64,000 bases of DNA from Moraxella sp. (lineage in GTDB: Bacteria; Pseudomonadota; Gammaproteobacteria; Pseudomonadales; Moraxellaceae). The notes under the pieces are model-generated. The model did no database searches. It was not told the DNA's origin and saw only the letters and a program-made list of their open reading frames with translations. Made by a program: the position numbers and the translations under genes. The DNA lies in NCBI GenBank assembly GCA_041811915.1, contig JBGXSA010000021.1, positions 2,656 to 66,655 of the forward strand, given 5' to 3'. This document shows positions 10,449 to 21,508 of the stretch, one piece after another (the stretch's first letter is position 1; the number at the start of each line of letters is the position of its first letter).

Positions 10449-11356
10449 TTAGACACTAAGATTAACGGTTAAGGTTTGATCAAGGACTGAGTTTTTGTAC
10501 TCTACAGGACTCAGTCCTTTTAATTTGCTCTTTATTCTATCATGGTTGTAGTAGTGAATGTATTCATCAATGGTTTGTTTAAGCTCATCAATTGATGTCA
10601 CTCTTTGACTGTTTTTGCCATGAAAGAAGATTTCTTCTTTTAATGTCCCAAAGAAACTCTCTATCACTGCATTATCCAAGCAATTACCGCATCAGACATA
10701 CTTTGGATAATGCCATTATCTTTTAAGGTTTGTTGGTAATTGTTCATTTGATAATGCCAGCCTTGGTCGGAATGCAAGATAGGTTTGTCATCACCAGTTA
10801 GCGTTGTTATGGCTTTGTGTAGCATATCTTGCACTAACTCATAAGTCGGTCTGTCTTTGATGCTGTAGCTAATGATCTCACCATTATATAAATCAATGAT
10901 GGGTGATAAATACAGCTTTTGCTCTTTGATACCACCATCATGGGTTTTGCTTTGTATTTTAAACTCAGTGACATCCGTTGCCCATTTATGATTGGGCTTA
11001 TCTGCTTTAAAATCACGGTTTAAGACATTGGTAGCGATTTTGCCTACTTGTCCACGGTAGGTGCTGTGTTTGCTTCGCTTACGACGAATCAGTACTTTAA
11101 GCCCAAACTCATGCATTAGCCGTTGTACTTTTTTATGATTGATAACAAAGCCTAACTGCTTTAGTGCTAGGGTAATACGCCGATAACCATATCTGCCTTT
11201 GTGGGTGTGGTAGATGTTTTGGATTGTATCTTTGATAACTTGGTGGCTATCAGTCTTGGTGAGTTGATTGAGCTGATAGTAGAATGTTGCTCGTGCAACA
11301 CCAAGATACGCCAGCAATTGTTTTAGTGGATAAATTTGCCTTAGCTCGTCAATCAC
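10449..11356 (-). pseudogene. IS3-family transposase OrfB (DDE), frameshifted
   Basis: YGYRRIT, WATDVTE, LSPIIDL and HSDQGWHY, then a frameshift near 10690-10694 separates QSMS from GNCLDNAVIESFFG, which carries the catalytic Glu. Confidence 0.85.
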
Positions 11357-11877
11357 TGTGATTTTATTGGTGATGATTTGCTTTTTCTCTGCTGACGCTC
11401 CAAGGCTTCTAACTTTTTTAAAACATCAAGCTCCATTCGCAAGTGTTGTAGTTCAGCAATCAGCTCAGCGTGGGTTTTTTGCTCATCAGGTTTGGATGTT
11501 TGGCTTGCTTTATTGGTCTTTAGCATAGATTGCCTGCCTTTGGGTTTGGGATGTAGTCCCATGATACCATGAGTTTGATAAGCTTTTAACCATTGACACA
11601 GTAAACCATGATTGCTGATATTTAATTCAATCGCCAAAGTGCGTATGGATTTACCAGCAAGTAATTGTAATACAGCTGTGTGTTTAAATTCTGGTGAATA
11701 AATGGTTTTGCTCTTTCTGATACGAATACCATCAATGCCATGAGTTTGGTAGAGACTCACCCAGTTTTGGACGATAGAGCGTTTAATACCAAACAATTTG
11801 GCTGTGCTGTGGTAACTATGTCCTGCTAAATAATGTTGAATGACGGACAGTTTAAAGTCCATTGTGTATTTGGTCAT
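11353..11877 (-). CDS. IS3-family transposase OrfA (HTH)
   Basis: MTKYTMDFKLSVIQHYL; two HTH units; LKKL containing the A6G -1 frameshift motif. Confidence 0.9.
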   Translation of the reverse strand: MTKYTMDFKLSVIQHYLAGHSYHSTAKLFGIKRSIVQNWVSLYQTHGIDGIRIRKSKTIYSPEFKHTAVLQLLAGKSIRTLAIELNISNHGLLCQWLKAYQTHGIMGLHPKPKGRQSMLKTNKASQTSKPDEQKTHAELIAELQHLRMELDVLKKLEALERQQRKSKSSPIKSQ

Positions 11878-11951
11878 AAAAAAACACCCCAAAGGTTGTC
11901 TAACTTTTGGGGTGCGGTTCATTAAAAACCTGTGTTTTTTAGCAGTGCAAT

Positions 11952-12311
11952 TTATGGACGATCCACAAGCTCTACATAAGCCATCGGTGCATTGTCGCCA
12001 TCACGGAAACCGCATTTGATGATACGTAAATAACCACCTGGGCGGGTTTTGTAACGTGGTCCAAGCTCGGCAAATAGTTTGCCTACCATGTCCTTATTAC
12101 GCATACGGCTAAACGCCAAGCGGCGATTTGCCACACTGTCTTCTTTTGCCAAAGTTAGCAAAGGTTCCGCCACACGGCGCAATTCTTTGGCTTTTGGCAA
12201 AGTTGTTTTGATAAGCTCATGTTCAAACAATGAATTGGTCATGTTCTGAAGCATAGCCTTACGATGACTGCTGGTACGACCCAGCTTTTGTCCACTCTTA
12301 CGATGTCGCAT
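11952..12311 (-). CDS. rplQ: 50S ribosomal protein L17
   Basis: [20 protein letters not shown]. Confidence 0.99.
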   Translation of the reverse strand: MRHRKSGQKLGRTSSHRKAMLQNMTNSLFEHELIKTTLPKAKELRRVAEPLLTLAKEDSVANRRLAFSRMRNKDMVGKLFAELGPRYKTRPGGYLRIIKCGFRDGDNAPMAYVELVDRP

Positions 12312-12328
12312 TGGTCAGTATCCTTAAA

Positions 12329-13333
12329 TTAACGGCTACGATAAGAAAAACGATCATCAACACGCAAATCAGATGGCGGCCAATTGTCAAGGCGCATACC
12401 CAATTGCAAATCTTTAGATGCCAAAACATCTTTTATTTCTGTCAATGATTTTTTACCTAAATTTGGTGTTTTTAACAACTCAGTTTCTGAGCGTTGCACC
12501 AAATCGCCGATATAATAAATATTTTCAGCTTTTAAGCAGTTTGCTGAACGAACCGTTAGTTCAAGATCATCCACTGGTCTTAACAAGACCGGATCAATCT
12601 CTTCTTTGATTTTAATAGGCTCAGGGGCTTGTTCTGCTTCTAAATCAACAAAAATAGAAATTTGCTGTTGCAAAATAGTCGCAGCTTTACGAATTGCCTC
12701 TTCTGGGTCAATCGTGCCGTTGGTTTCAAGTTCAATGATCAGCTTATCCAAGTCTGTGCGCTGTTCCACACGCGCATTCTCAACATCATAAGCAACGCGC
12801 AAAATAGGACTAAAACTTGCGTCCAATTTTAGGCGTCCAATCACTTTTGAATTTGGTTCTTCTCGGCGTTGATTGGCTGGCTCATACCCACGTCCGCTCA
12901 TCACTTTTAAACGCATTTTTAAATGCCCACGCTCATTGAGTGTGCCCAATACCAATTCAGGATTGGCAATTTCCACGTTATGAGGCAGTGATAAATCAGC
13001 CGCGGTAACTGCACCTGCACCTTGCTTATCTAAAGTCAAATATGCTTCATTTTGATCATACAAAATAACAGCCAAACGCTTTAAATTCAACAATAAATCA
13101 AGAATGTCTTCTTGCAAGCCTTCCAAGGTGGAATACTCATGATCCACACCCTCAATTTCAGCTTCTACAACTGCAGCACCCGGTAATGAAGATAGCAAAA
13201 TACGGCGAAGGGCGTTACCTAAGGTATGCCCAAAGCCCCGTTCTAACGGCTCGAGCGTGACCTTTGCAGTTGTTCCATTAACCGAATCTACACTGATGGC
13301 ACTCGGCGTTAGAAACTCTGTTGCATTTGTCAT
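12329..13333 (-). CDS. rpoA: RNA polymerase alpha subunit
   Basis: [23 protein letters not shown]; [15 protein letters not shown]. Confidence 0.99.
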   Translation of the reverse strand: MTNATEFLTPSAISVDSVNGTTAKVTLEPLERGFGHTLGNALRRILLSSLPGAAVVEAEIEGVDHEYSTLEGLQEDILDLLLNLKRLAVILYDQNEAYLTLDKQGAGAVTAADLSLPHNVEIANPELVLGTLNERGHLKMRLKVMSGRGYEPANQRREEPNSKVIGRLKLDASFSPILRVAYDVENARVEQRTDLDKLIIELETNGTIDPEEAIRKAATILQQQISIFVDLEAEQAPEPIKIKEEIDPVLLRPVDDLELTVRSANCLKAENIYYIGDLVQRSETELLKTPNLGKKSLTEIKDVLASKDLQLGMRLDNWPPSDLRVDDRFSYRSR

Positions 13334-13356
13334 AATGTCACCTCGATGATTTTGGA

Positions 13357-13998
13357 TTATTTAGAATATAATTCTACAATCAAGTGTTCGTTGATTTCAG
13401 CAGATAGATCGCTACGATCTGGTGCATTCTTAAATGTACCTTGTAGTTTGCCATGATCCACTTCCATCCACTCAGGAATGCCACGTTGGGTTGCCAACTC
13501 AATCGCATTTTTGATGCGCAATTGCTCTTTTGACTTCTCATGAATGGCAATTACATCCCCATCTTGCACTTGAATGGAAGGGATATTAACACGCACAAAC
13601 TCATCACGACCAGCTTTTTTTAGCAGTACAGCGCGATGGCTGACCAACTGACGCGCTTCAGCACGAGTTGAGCCAAAGCCCATACGGTAAACAACGTTGT
13701 CCAAACGGCGTTCAAGCATAACAAGCAAATTTTCACCTGTTGCGCCACGCATACGAGCAGCTTCTTTGTAATAGTTAGAGAATTGACGCTCAAGAACACC
13801 GTAAATTCTTTTTACTTTTTGTTTTTCACGCAATTGTGATGCGTATTCAGAAGTCTTTGCATTGCCATTGCCATGTTGACCTGGCGCACGACCTGCTTTT
13901 TTAGTTTTTACATCATACGCCTTAACGCCTGATTTTAGCTGCAAATCAGTGCCTTCACGACGTGATAGTTTTAATTTTGGTCCAATATAACGGGCCAT
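13357..13998 (-). CDS. rpsD: 30S ribosomal protein S4
   Basis: [16 protein letters not shown]; [14 protein letters not shown]. Confidence 0.99.
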   Translation of the reverse strand: MARYIGPKLKLSRREGTDLQLKSGVKAYDVKTKKAGRAPGQHGNGNAKTSEYASQLREKQKVKRIYGVLERQFSNYYKEAARMRGATGENLLVMLERRLDNVVYRMGFGSTRAEARQLVSHRAVLLKKAGRDEFVRVNIPSIQVQDGDVIAIHEKSKEQLRIKNAIELATQRGIPEWMEVDHGKLQGTFKNAPDRSDLSAEINEHLIVELYSK

Positions 13999-14010
13999 AA
14001 GTCATTCTCC

Positions 14011-14400
14011 TTAAACACGGCGCTTTTTAGGTGGGCGGCAACCGTTGTGTGGAATTGGGGTCACATCACTAATGCTGTTAATCTTATAACCTAATGCACC
14101 TAATGCTCTAACCGCAGACTCACGACCTGGTCCTGGTCCTTTAACCAAGACATCAATATTTTTCAAACCATATTCTTGTGCAGTTTTGCCTGCAACTTCA
14201 GCAGCAACCTGCGCTGCAAATGGTGTTGATTTACGTGAACCACGGAAGCCTTGTCCACCAGAGGTGGCCCAAGCCAATGCATTACCTTGACGATCAGTAA
14301 TCGTTACAATGGTGTTATTAAAAGACGCATGAATGTGGGCGATACCTTCAGATACCGAGCGACGAGTCACTTTTTTGCGACTGCGAGTGTCTTTTGCCAT
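14011..14400 (-). CDS. rpsK: 30S ribosomal protein S11
   Basis: [15 protein letters not shown]; [16 protein letters not shown]. Confidence 0.99.
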   Translation of the reverse strand: MAKDTRSRKKVTRRSVSEGIAHIHASFNNTIVTITDRQGNALAWATSGGQGFRGSRKSTPFAAQVAAEVAGKTAQEYGLKNIDVLVKGPGPGRESAVRALGALGYKINSISDVTPIPHNGCRPPKKRRV

Positions 14401-14416
14401 CTTTTAGCTTCCTATG

Positions 14417-14773
14417 TTACTTTTTAATAGCTTTGCGTGGACCTTTGCGGGTACGCGCGTTAGTTTTAGTACGTTGGCCATTCACAGGCAAGCCACGACG
14501 GTGACGAAGACCACGGTAGCAACCCAAATCCACCAAACGCTTAATGTTCATTGAAATTTCACGGCGAAGGTCACCTTCGGTCGTGTAATTTGCAACCTCT
14601 GCACGGACAGCATCAAGCTGAGCATCATCCAATTGACCAATTTTGGTAGTTGGCGCAATATTAACCGCTTTCAAGATTTGTTTAGCAGTTGTACGTCCAA
14701 TACCAAAGATATAAGTCAAAGAAATTTCAGCATGCTTGTTGTCCGGAATGTTTACACCGGCAATACGAGCCAT
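14417..14773 (-). CDS. rpsM: 30S ribosomal protein S13
   Basis: [10 protein letters not shown]; [13 protein letters not shown]. Confidence 0.99.
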   Translation of the reverse strand: MARIAGVNIPDNKHAEISLTYIFGIGRTTAKQILKAVNIAPTTKIGQLDDAQLDAVRAEVANYTTEGDLRREISMNIKRLVDLGCYRGLRHRRGLPVNGQRTKTNARTRKGPRKAIKK

Positions 14774-14850
14774 TTTTTTTTCTCCATTACTACAGATTAC
14801 TCTGCACGACTCTATTTAATAAAGTTATTAAATAGCATGACAAGTAGCGG

Positions 14851-14879
14851 ATTATAATATATCCGCTATTAATTTGCAA
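14851..14879 (-). promoter_or_regulatory. sigma70 promoter of the alpha operon
   Basis: TTGCAA-17 nt-TATAAT on the minus strand, between rpmJ and rpsM. Confidence 0.75.
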
Positions 14880-14893
14880 GTATTTTTAATTTA

Positions 14894-15010
14894 TTAGCCT
14901 TGGCGTTGCTTATGGCGTGGCTCTGAACTACAAATTACCAATACTTTACCTTTGCGGCGAACAATTTTACAATTACCGCAAATCTTTTTTACTGAAGCTT
15001 GAACTTTCAT
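14894..15010 (-). CDS. rpmJ: 50S ribosomal protein L36 (Zn-binding form); not in the ORF track
   Basis: Hand translation [38 protein letters not shown]. Confidence 0.97.
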   Translation of the reverse strand: MKVQASVKKICGNCKIVRRKGKVLVICSSEPRHKQRQG

Positions 15011-15022
15011 AATAACTCCGAA

Positions 15023-16357
15023 TTATAATTTTGGAGAACGAATCAAAGTTTGATCATGATATTGATGCTTCATCAAATGTGCTTGGATTTGTGAAATAAA
15101 ATCCATAATAACCACAACCATAATCAATAGTGATGCGCCACCAAGCTGAAAAGGTACACCAAAAGAAGATTGAGCAATCATTGGCATTAAGCATATGATG
15201 GTCATATACATCGCACCAATAAATGTTAACCGATTAAGGACAAAGTCCAAATAACGCTGCGTATTTTGACCGGGTCGTATCCCTGGGATATAGGCACCAC
15301 TGCGCTTTAAATTTTCAGCCACTTCACGCGGACTAAACACAAGCGCAGTATAAAAATAACAGAAAAAGATAATCATCACAGCAAACAGCATGAGATAAAG
15401 CGGTTTACCCGGCGATAGTACCAAAGCAACATTTTGCATGAAACTTTGAAAACCCGTTGGGTTGGTTGCGCTTGATGCCCACTGCCCAAGACTTGCTGGA
15501 AACAACAATAATGAACTTGCAAAAATTGCAGGAATCACCCCAGCCATGTTGATTTTTAATGGCAAATGGGATTGTTGTTGCGCATAAACTTTTCTGCCTT
15601 CTTGTTGTTTTTGAGCGTAATTGACTGGCACTCGTCGCTGAGCACGTTCAATAAACACAATCGCAGCAGTAACCGCCAAAGCCAATACTGCAAATACCAA
15701 GATAATAATTAAGTCAGAACCTTGCCCATACTGTTCAAAAATCTGAATAATCATACCTGGCATGCCAGAGACAATGCTGGCAAAAATCAGCATAGAGATG
15801 CCATTACCAACACCGCGCTCTGTGATTTGTTCACCAAGCCACATCAAAAACATAGATCCTGCAACCAAAGATGTGACAGCAGGAATATAAAAAGTCAAGC
15901 CTGTACTTAATGTCAGCCCTTGACTAATCAACCCCGTTGACATCACAACCGCTTGGATAAATGCTAATAATAAGGTGCCTTGGCGCGTGTATTTATTTAA
16001 AGTACGACGACCAGCCTCACCTTCTTTTTTTAAAGCCTCAAGAGAAGGAATGACTGCCGACATCATTTGCACAACAATAGACGCTGAAATATACGGCATG
16101 ATGCCAAGCGCCATAATTGACATACGCTCCAATGCACCACCAGAGAACATATTGAACATGCCCAAGATCGTGTTTTGGCTACCATCAAAAAATTGCGCCA
16201 AACTGATTGGATTCATCCCCGGCACAGGAATGTGGGAACCCAAACGATAAACAATCAACGCACCCAGTAAAAAAAGCATACGTTGCCACAATTCGTCATA
16301 CTTGCGAATGAAAAAAAGGGGATTTAATATACCAGCTTTGGTTGATTGTTTAGACAC
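15023..16357 (-). CDS. secY: preprotein translocase SecY
   Basis: LIVYRLGSHIPVPG, ALGIMPYISASI, GEQITERGVGNGIS and GAYIPGIRPG. Confidence 0.99.
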   Translation of the reverse strand: MSKQSTKAGILNPLFFIRKYDELWQRMLFLLGALIVYRLGSHIPVPGMNPISLAQFFDGSQNTILGMFNMFSGGALERMSIMALGIMPYISASIVVQMMSAVIPSLEALKKEGEAGRRTLNKYTRQGTLLLAFIQAVVMSTGLISQGLTLSTGLTFYIPAVTSLVAGSMFLMWLGEQITERGVGNGISMLIFASIVSGMPGMIIQIFEQYGQGSDLIIILVFAVLALAVTAAIVFIERAQRRVPVNYAQKQQEGRKVYAQQQSHLPLKINMAGVIPAIFASSLLLFPASLGQWASSATNPTGFQSFMQNVALVLSPGKPLYLMLFAVMIIFFCYFYTALVFSPREVAENLKRSGAYIPGIRPGQNTQRYLDFVLNRLTFIGAMYMTIICLMPMIAQSSFGVPFQLGGASLLIMVVVIMDFISQIQAHLMKHQYHDQTLIRSPKL

Positions 16358-16362
16358 AGGGA

Positions 16363-16803
16363 TTACTCCTCAACACTGCCACCAGCAGCTTCAATCGCAG
16401 CTTTTGCACCTTTGGTAACTTTTACGCCTTTAAAGGTCAGCTTACGAGAAATGTCGCCTGACAAAATAATGCGAGCACGCTTCATGTCACCACGAATGAT
16501 GTTGGCTGCTTTTAAGCTTTCCAAGTCCACCACATCGCCTTCAATTTTGTTCAATTCCGACAAACGCACTTCAGCTGTCACCATTGCCAATTTACTGGTA
16601 AAGCCAAATTTTGGCAAACGGCGATAAATAGGCATTTGACCGCCTTCAAAACCAGCAGGAATGCTTGAGCCAGAACGAGAGGTCTGACCTTTGATACCAC
16701 GACCACCTGTTTTACCAAGACCTGAGCCAATACCACGACCACGACGTTGTGCAACCTTTTTGGCGCCCAAAGCAGGTGATAATTCGTTTAATTTAAGACC
16801 CAT
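16363..16803 (-). CDS. rplO: 50S ribosomal protein L15
   Basis: [17 protein letters not shown]; [17 protein letters not shown]. Confidence 0.99.
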   Translation of the reverse strand: MGLKLNELSPALGAKKVAQRRGRGIGSGLGKTGGRGIKGQTSRSGSSIPAGFEGGQMPIYRRLPKFGFTSKLAMVTAEVRLSELNKIEGDVVDLESLKAANIIRGDMKRARIILSGDISRKLTFKGVKVTKGAKAAIEAAGGSVEE

Positions 16804-16982
16804 TATGCTTCCTCCACTTTAACCATGTAATTGACACGGTTAACCATACCACGAGTTGATGGCGTGTCTTCCACTTCTACTGTATGGCCGATGCGACGCA
16901 AACCCAAACCTTTTAAGCAAGCTTTATGGCTTTTTAAGCGATGGCTACTTGACTTAATTTGAGTAACTTTCATTGTTTTCAT
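16803..16982 (-). CDS. rpmD: 50S ribosomal protein L30
   Basis: [12 protein letters not shown]...[16 protein letters not shown]; start corrected to the ATG at 16982. Confidence 0.97.
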   Translation of the reverse strand: MKTMKVTQIKSSSHRLKSHKACLKGLGLRRIGHTVEVEDTPSTRGMVNRVNYMVKVEEA

Positions 16983-16998
16983 TGTAACCCACCTATCG

Positions 16999-17496
16999 TT
17001 AGCCCAAAATTTCTTCAACAGATTTGCCACGTTTGGCAGCAACTTTTTCTGGAGATGCCATATCGCGCAGACCTTTAAATGTTGCTTGTACAACGTTTGC
17101 TGCGTTTGTTGAGCCATAGCATTTCGCCAAAACGTCTTGTACACCAGCAACCTCTAAAACAGCACGCATTGCGCCACCAGCGATAACACCAGTACCTTCA
17201 GAAGCAGGCTGCATGTATACTTTAGATGCACCGTGACGTGCATTGATTGGGTGCTGCAAAGTAGTGCCATTCAAATCTACAGTAATCATATTGCGCTTAG
17301 CGGCCTCTAGAGCCTTTTGAATGGCAGCTGGCACTTCGCGCGCTTTGCCACGACCAAAGCCAACACGACCATTACCATCACCAACAACTGTCAATGCGGT
17401 GAATGAAAAGATACGACCGCCTTTAACAACTTTAGCCACACGATCAACAGCAACTAATTTCTCTACCAAGCCGTCAGTTTGTTCTACTTTTGCCAT
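16999..17496 (-). CDS. rpsE: 30S ribosomal protein S5
   Basis: [23 protein letters not shown]. Confidence 0.99.
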   Translation of the reverse strand: MAKVEQTDGLVEKLVAVDRVAKVVKGGRIFSFTALTVVGDGNGRVGFGRGKAREVPAAIQKALEAAKRNMITVDLNGTTLQHPINARHGASKVYMQPASEGTGVIAGGAMRAVLEVAGVQDVLAKCYGSTNAANVVQATFKGLRDMASPEKVAAKRGKSVEEILG

Positions 17497-17498
17497 GA

Positions 17499-17849
17499 TT
17501 AAAACTCCAATCCATTTTCACGAGCAGATTCGGCCAACGCTTTAATACGGCCATGATATTTAAAACCACTACGGTCAAACGCAACTTTGGTAATACCGGC
17601 TGCTTTTGCACGCTCAGCAATTAATTTACCAACGGCAGTCGCGGCATCCATATTGCCTGTTGCACCTGAGCGCAAAGAGGCATCCAATGTAGAGGCTTGC
17701 GCCAACACTTTGCCGCCAGTTGCTGAAATCACTTGCGCATAAATGTGACGTGGTGTACGATTAACCGTTAAACGATTAGCACCCAAATGACGAATGTGCG
17801 CACGGGTTTTTTTGGCTCTACGAAGACGAGCTAATTTTTTATCAAACAT
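17499..17849 (-). CDS. rplR: 50S ribosomal protein L18
   Basis: [14 protein letters not shown]; [16 protein letters not shown]. Confidence 0.99.
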   Translation of the reverse strand: MFDKKLARLRRAKKTRAHIRHLGANRLTVNRTPRHIYAQVISATGGKVLAQASTLDASLRSGATGNMDAATAVGKLIAERAKAAGITKVAFDRSGFKYHGRIKALAESARENGLEF

Positions 17850-17861
17850 ACTTACCCACCT

Positions 17862-18395
17862 TTATTTTTTCTTAGCTTCTTTACGAAGAACAACTTCATC
17901 GCTATAGCGAACACCTTTGCCTTTATATGGCTCTGGCGGACGGAAGCTGCGGATGTTAGCAGCGGCTTGACCCAACTTTTGCTTATCACTTGATTTTAAT
18001 ACAAGTTCAGTTTGACTTGGACTCTCTGCAGTAACACCTTCAGGTAAGGTGTATTCAATTGGATGAGAATAGCCTAGGCTTAGATTCACTTTGTTGCCAG
18101 CAACTTGAGCACGATAACCAACACCAATCAATTGTAAACGACGCTCAAAACCCTCACTGACGCCTTTCACCATATTATTTAAAATGGCGCGTACAGTACC
18201 AGTATGCATCCAAGCTTCTTTGCTGTCTTGGACTGGTGACAATACAATCGTATTGTCTTCTTGTTTAAGCTCGACCAAATCATGCAGGCGCAAAGATAGC
18301 GAACCATTTTTGCCTTTTACCTCAACCTGCTGACCGTTCAAAGTAACACTAGTGCCAGCTGGCAAGGTTACTGGGGCTTTTGCCACACGAGACAT
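17862..18395 (-). CDS. rplF: 50S ribosomal protein L6
   Basis: MSRVAKAPV; [13 protein letters not shown]. Confidence 0.99.
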   Translation of the reverse strand: MSRVAKAPVTLPAGTSVTLNGQQVEVKGKNGSLSLRLHDLVELKQEDNTIVLSPVQDSKEAWMHTGTVRAILNNMVKGVSEGFERRLQLIGVGYRAQVAGNKVNLSLGYSHPIEYTLPEGVTAESPSQTELVLKSSDKQKLGQAAANIRSFRPPEPYKGKGVRYSDEVVLRKEAKKK

Positions 18396-18494
18396 AGGAT
18401 TTTCCTTTTATCAACTCATCAAGTAAACTTGATCTACGAAAAATAAAACTTAAGCTTTTTGCCGTATAAGCAAAAAAGCACATTATTATAACAC

Positions 18495-18529
18495 AAAATA
18501 ACCCACAATGCAAACTTGTGGGTTATTTT
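18495..18529 (-). terminator. 14-bp perfect hairpin between rpsH and rplF overlapping a sigma70-like promoter
   Basis: AAAATAACCCACAA / TTGTGGGTTATTTT arms; TTGCAT (18513-18508)-17 nt-TATAAT (18490-18485) with TGn extension. Confidence 0.7.
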
Positions 18530-18555
18530 TATGGTGCGATTAAACTCAACAGTAA

Positions 18556-18954
18556 TTAAGATACCAATGCAATCACTTCACCGCCAATACCAGCCTGACG
18601 GGCAGCACGATCACTCATAATACCTTTACTTGTGGAAACAATGGCAACACCAAGACCTTGCTTAACATTAGGCAACTCATCTTTGCTGCGGTATTGGCGC
18701 AAACCTGGACGACTGTAGCGTTTAAGCTGCTCAATCACGCCTTTGCCTTCATAGTATTTTAATTCAATGGTCAAAGTTTTTTTACCATTTTCACCATCAT
18801 TAACCTCAGCAGAAGCCAAATATCCTTCTTTTACCAATAAGTCAGCAATGGACTTACGTAATTTTGAGCTTGGCATTTCTACCGATGGTTTATTTCTTGC
18901 TTGTGCGTTGCGAATGCGAGTCAGCATATCAGCAACAGGATCTTGCATACTCAT
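18556..18954 (-). CDS. rpsH: 30S ribosomal protein S8
   Basis: [17 protein letters not shown]; SRPGLRQY. Confidence 0.99.
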   Translation of the reverse strand: MSMQDPVADMLTRIRNAQARNKPSVEMPSSKLRKSIADLLVKEGYLASAEVNDGENGKKTLTIELKYYEGKGVIEQLKRYSRPGLRQYRSKDELPNVKQGLGVAIVSTSKGIMSDRAARQAGIGGEVIALVS

Positions 18955-18964
18955 AGCCTACTCC

Positions 18965-19270
18965 TTACCAGCTTGCTTTACGAACGCCAGGGACATCGCC
19001 TTGCATTACACGTTCGCGCAATTTATTACGTGACAAACCAAATTTGCGAAAATAACCATGTGGACGACCTGTCAAACCACAACGATTACGCAAACGTACT
19101 GGGGAAGCATTGCGTGGTAGCGCTTGCAAGGCAAGCATTGCATCCAAACGCTCTTCATCGCTTGCGTTCACATCGCTGATAATGCTTTTTAATTGTGCAC
19201 GTTTTTCAGCGTATTTGGCAACAGTTTTTTCGCGTTTTAGTTCGCGATTAATCATGCTTTTCTTAGCCAT
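18965..19270 (-). CDS. rpsN: 30S ribosomal protein S14 (long, Zn-independent form)
   Basis: [14 protein letters not shown]; GVRKASW. Confidence 0.99.
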   Translation of the reverse strand: MAKKSMINRELKREKTVAKYAEKRAQLKSIISDVNASDEERLDAMLALQALPRNASPVRLRNRCGLTGRPHGYFRKFGLSRNKLRERVMQGDVPGVRKASW

Positions 19271-19279
19271 AGTGTTTCC

Positions 19280-19816
19280 TTATCTGAATGGGAAGCCAAA
19301 TGCTTTTAACAAAGCACGACCTTGATCATCATTGGCGGCAGTCGTCGTGATGGTGATGTCCAAACCACGGATGCGGTCAATTTTATCAAAATCTACTTCA
19401 GGAAAAACGATTTGTTCTTTAATACCCAAAGAATAATTGCCACGACCATCAAAAGCTTTTGATGAAAAGCCACGGAAGTCACGAATACGAGGAATTGCAA
19501 TGGCAATCAAACGATCCAAGAATTCATACATTTGGTCACCGCGCAAAGTTACTTTACAGCCAATTGGCCACTCTTCACGGATTTTAAAACCAGCAACTGA
19601 TTTGCGCGCTTTGGTAACTACAGGCTTTTGACCAGCAATTACGGTCATATCCGCCAAAGCACCTTCAAGCAATTTTTTGTCTTGTGCAGCACCACCAACA
19701 CCCATATTAAGCGTAATTTTGGTGATTTTTGGCACTTGCATTACATTGTCTAAACCCAACTCATCTTTGATTTGTTGTTTTAGCTTATCATTATATAAAG
19801 ATTTTAATCTTGCCAT
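19280..19816 (-). CDS. rplE: 50S ribosomal protein L5
   Basis: [14 protein letters not shown]; PRIRDFRG. Confidence 0.99.
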   Translation of the reverse strand: MARLKSLYNDKLKQQIKDELGLDNVMQVPKITKITLNMGVGGAAQDKKLLEGALADMTVIAGQKPVVTKARKSVAGFKIREEWPIGCKVTLRGDQMYEFLDRLIAIAIPRIRDFRGFSSKAFDGRGNYSLGIKEQIVFPEVDFDKIDRIRGLDITITTTAANDDQGRALLKAFGFPFR

Positions 19817-19834
19817 TACTAAATACCCTTATCC

Positions 19835-20152
19835 TTATGCATTCGCCACTACTTCACCAGTAGAACGATAAATGCGTTGTTTTACGCCTTCTGCGTTCAC
19901 TTGGTAAGCAATACGATCTGCTTTTTGGGTTGCTGCATTATAAATTGCAACGTTTGAAATGTGTAAAAATGCTTCTTGTCTAACAATACCACCTTCTTTG
20001 CCCAATATTTGATTGGGTTTTTGGTGTTTTGTTACAATATTAACGCCTTCCACTTTTACACGGTCCGCTTTCACCGCCAAAATTGTGCCTTGCTTGCCTT
20101 TATCTTTGCCAGCAATCACAACCACGGTATCGCCTTTGCGTAACTTTGCCAT
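19835..20152 (-). CDS. rplX: 50S ribosomal protein L24
   Basis: KGDTVVVIAGKDKGKQG (KOW motif). Confidence 0.99.
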   Translation of the reverse strand: MAKLRKGDTVVVIAGKDKGKQGTILAVKADRVKVEGVNIVTKHQKPNQILGKEGGIVRQEAFLHISNVAIYNAATQKADRIAYQVNAEGVKQRIYRSTGEVVANA

Positions 20153-20172
20153 AATAGCCTCTAAACAAATAA

Positions 20173-20541
20173 TTACAATACTTCTGGAGCCAGTGAAACA
20201 ATCTTCATAAATTGCTCAGTACGCAATTCACGAGTTACTGGTCCAAAAATACGAGTTGCAATCGGTGCTTTGTTATTGTTCAACAAAACAGCTGCATTAT
20301 CATCAAAACGAAGTACAGAACCATCTGGACGACGAACGCCTTTTTTGGTACGTACAACTACCGCATTCATCACGTCGCCTTTTTTGACACGACCACGTGG
20401 AATGGCTTCTTTTACTGTGACTTTAATGATGTCGCCAACAGAGGCATAACGACGATGAGAACCGCCCAATACCTTAATACACATTACACGGCGAGCACCA
20501 CTGTTGTCCGCAACTTCCAGCATTGTTTCAGTCTGAATCAT
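20173..20541 (-). CDS. rplN: 50S ribosomal protein L14
   Basis: [16 protein letters not shown]; start corrected to the ATG at 20541. Confidence 0.99.
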   Translation of the reverse strand: MIQTETMLEVADNSGARRVMCIKVLGGSHRRYASVGDIIKVTVKEAIPRGRVKKGDVMNAVVVRTKKGVRRPDGSVLRFDDNAAVLLNNNKAPIATRIFGPVTRELRTEQFMKIVSLAPEVL

Positions 20542-20597
20542 CGCAATACTCCAATAATTTAGCAATAAAAATCATTTGCTGTCATAATAAACGGTTT

Positions 20598-20626
20598 ATT
20601 ATAACAGCAAATTTGATTTATTGCAA
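20598..20626 (-). promoter_or_regulatory. spc operon promoter
   Basis: TTGCAA-17 nt-TATAAT with TGn extension, upstream of rplN. Confidence 0.75.
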
Positions 20627-20631
20627 TTAAC

Positions 20632-20898
20632 TTAAATTTTAACCGCAGTCTCTACCACATCCACCAACGTCCAAGATTTTGTCTTAGACAATGGACGAGT
20701 TTCCTTGATACGAACAATATCGCCTTCTTGGCAGACATTATTCTCATCGTGTGCTTTAAGCTTGGTAGAACGGCGAACTTGTTTGCCATACATCGGATGA
20801 CGAATCTGACGCTCAATCAACACAGTAATGGATTTATCCATTTTATTGCTGATGACTTTGCCAGTTACAACACCAACATTTTGGTTATTGTCACTCAT
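20632..20898 (-). CDS. rpsQ: 30S ribosomal protein S17
   Basis: [14 protein letters not shown]; [11 protein letters not shown]. Confidence 0.99.
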   Translation of the reverse strand: MSDNNQNVGVVTGKVISNKMDKSITVLIERQIRHPMYGKQVRRSTKLKAHDENNVCQEGDIVRIKETRPLSKTKSWTLVDVVETAVKI

Positions 20899-21092
20899 AC
20901 ATCACCTCTTTGTTTTTCATTAATCAAAGTCAAAATTTTAGCAATCGTACGGCGATTGTTTTTAACTTCATGAGTTTGTCCAAGCTGACCTGTTGCTTTT
21001 GCCATACGCAGACGAAATGCATTCAGTTGTTTTTCGTCAAGCAATTGAACCAGCTCATCTACTGATTTTTCACGTAATTCGCTTGTTTTCAT
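20895..21092 (-). CDS. rpmC: 50S ribosomal protein L29
   Basis: [10 protein letters not shown]; RRTIAKILT. Confidence 0.98.
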   Translation of the reverse strand: MKTSELREKSVDELVQLLDEKQLNAFRLRMAKATGQLGQTHEVKNNRRTIAKILTLINEKQRGDV

Positions 21093-21505
21093 TACATAAT
21101 CGTCCGTTTAACAATAGTGGTCTTAAAAGGCAATTTAGCAGATGCCAAAGTCAGTGCTTCACGTGCTAACTCTTCGCTCACACCTTCAATTTCATACAGC
21201 ATTTTGCCTGGCTTGATTTCTGCTACCCAATATTCAACCGGACCTTTACCTTTACCCATACGCACTTCTAGAGGCTTTTCGGTAATTGGCTTGTCTGGGA
21301 ATACACGAATCCAAATCTTACCACCACGCTTAATACGACGAGTGATGGTACGACGAGCAGCTTCAATTTGTCTGGCGGTCATACGACCACGACCAATGGA
21401 TTTTAGACCAATTTGACCAAATGCAACGGTATTACCACGCTGGGCTAGACCAGTGTTACGCCCTTTATGCATTTTGCGAAATTTGGTACGTTTTGGTTGT
21501 AACAT
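21092..21505 (-). CDS. rplP: 50S ribosomal protein L16
   Basis: [11 protein letters not shown]; RMGKGKG. Confidence 0.99.
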   Translation of the reverse strand: MLQPKRTKFRKMHKGRNTGLAQRGNTVAFGQIGLKSIGRGRMTARQIEAARRTITRRIKRGGKIWIRVFPDKPITEKPLEVRMGKGKGPVEYWVAEIKPGKMLYEIEGVSEELAREALTLASAKLPFKTTIVKRTIM

Positions 21506-21508
21506 AGT

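Larger units (their letters stand above)
10431..11921 (-). mobile_element. IS3-family (IS150-like) insertion sequence, 1491 bp
   Basis: Imperfect terminal IRs TGAACCGACCCCCAATTTTTAGACA / TGAACCGCACCCCAAAAGTTAGACA; TG..CA ends; 3-bp target duplication TTA; orfA + orfB; A-AAA-AAG slippery site at 11413-11419. Confidence 0.95.
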
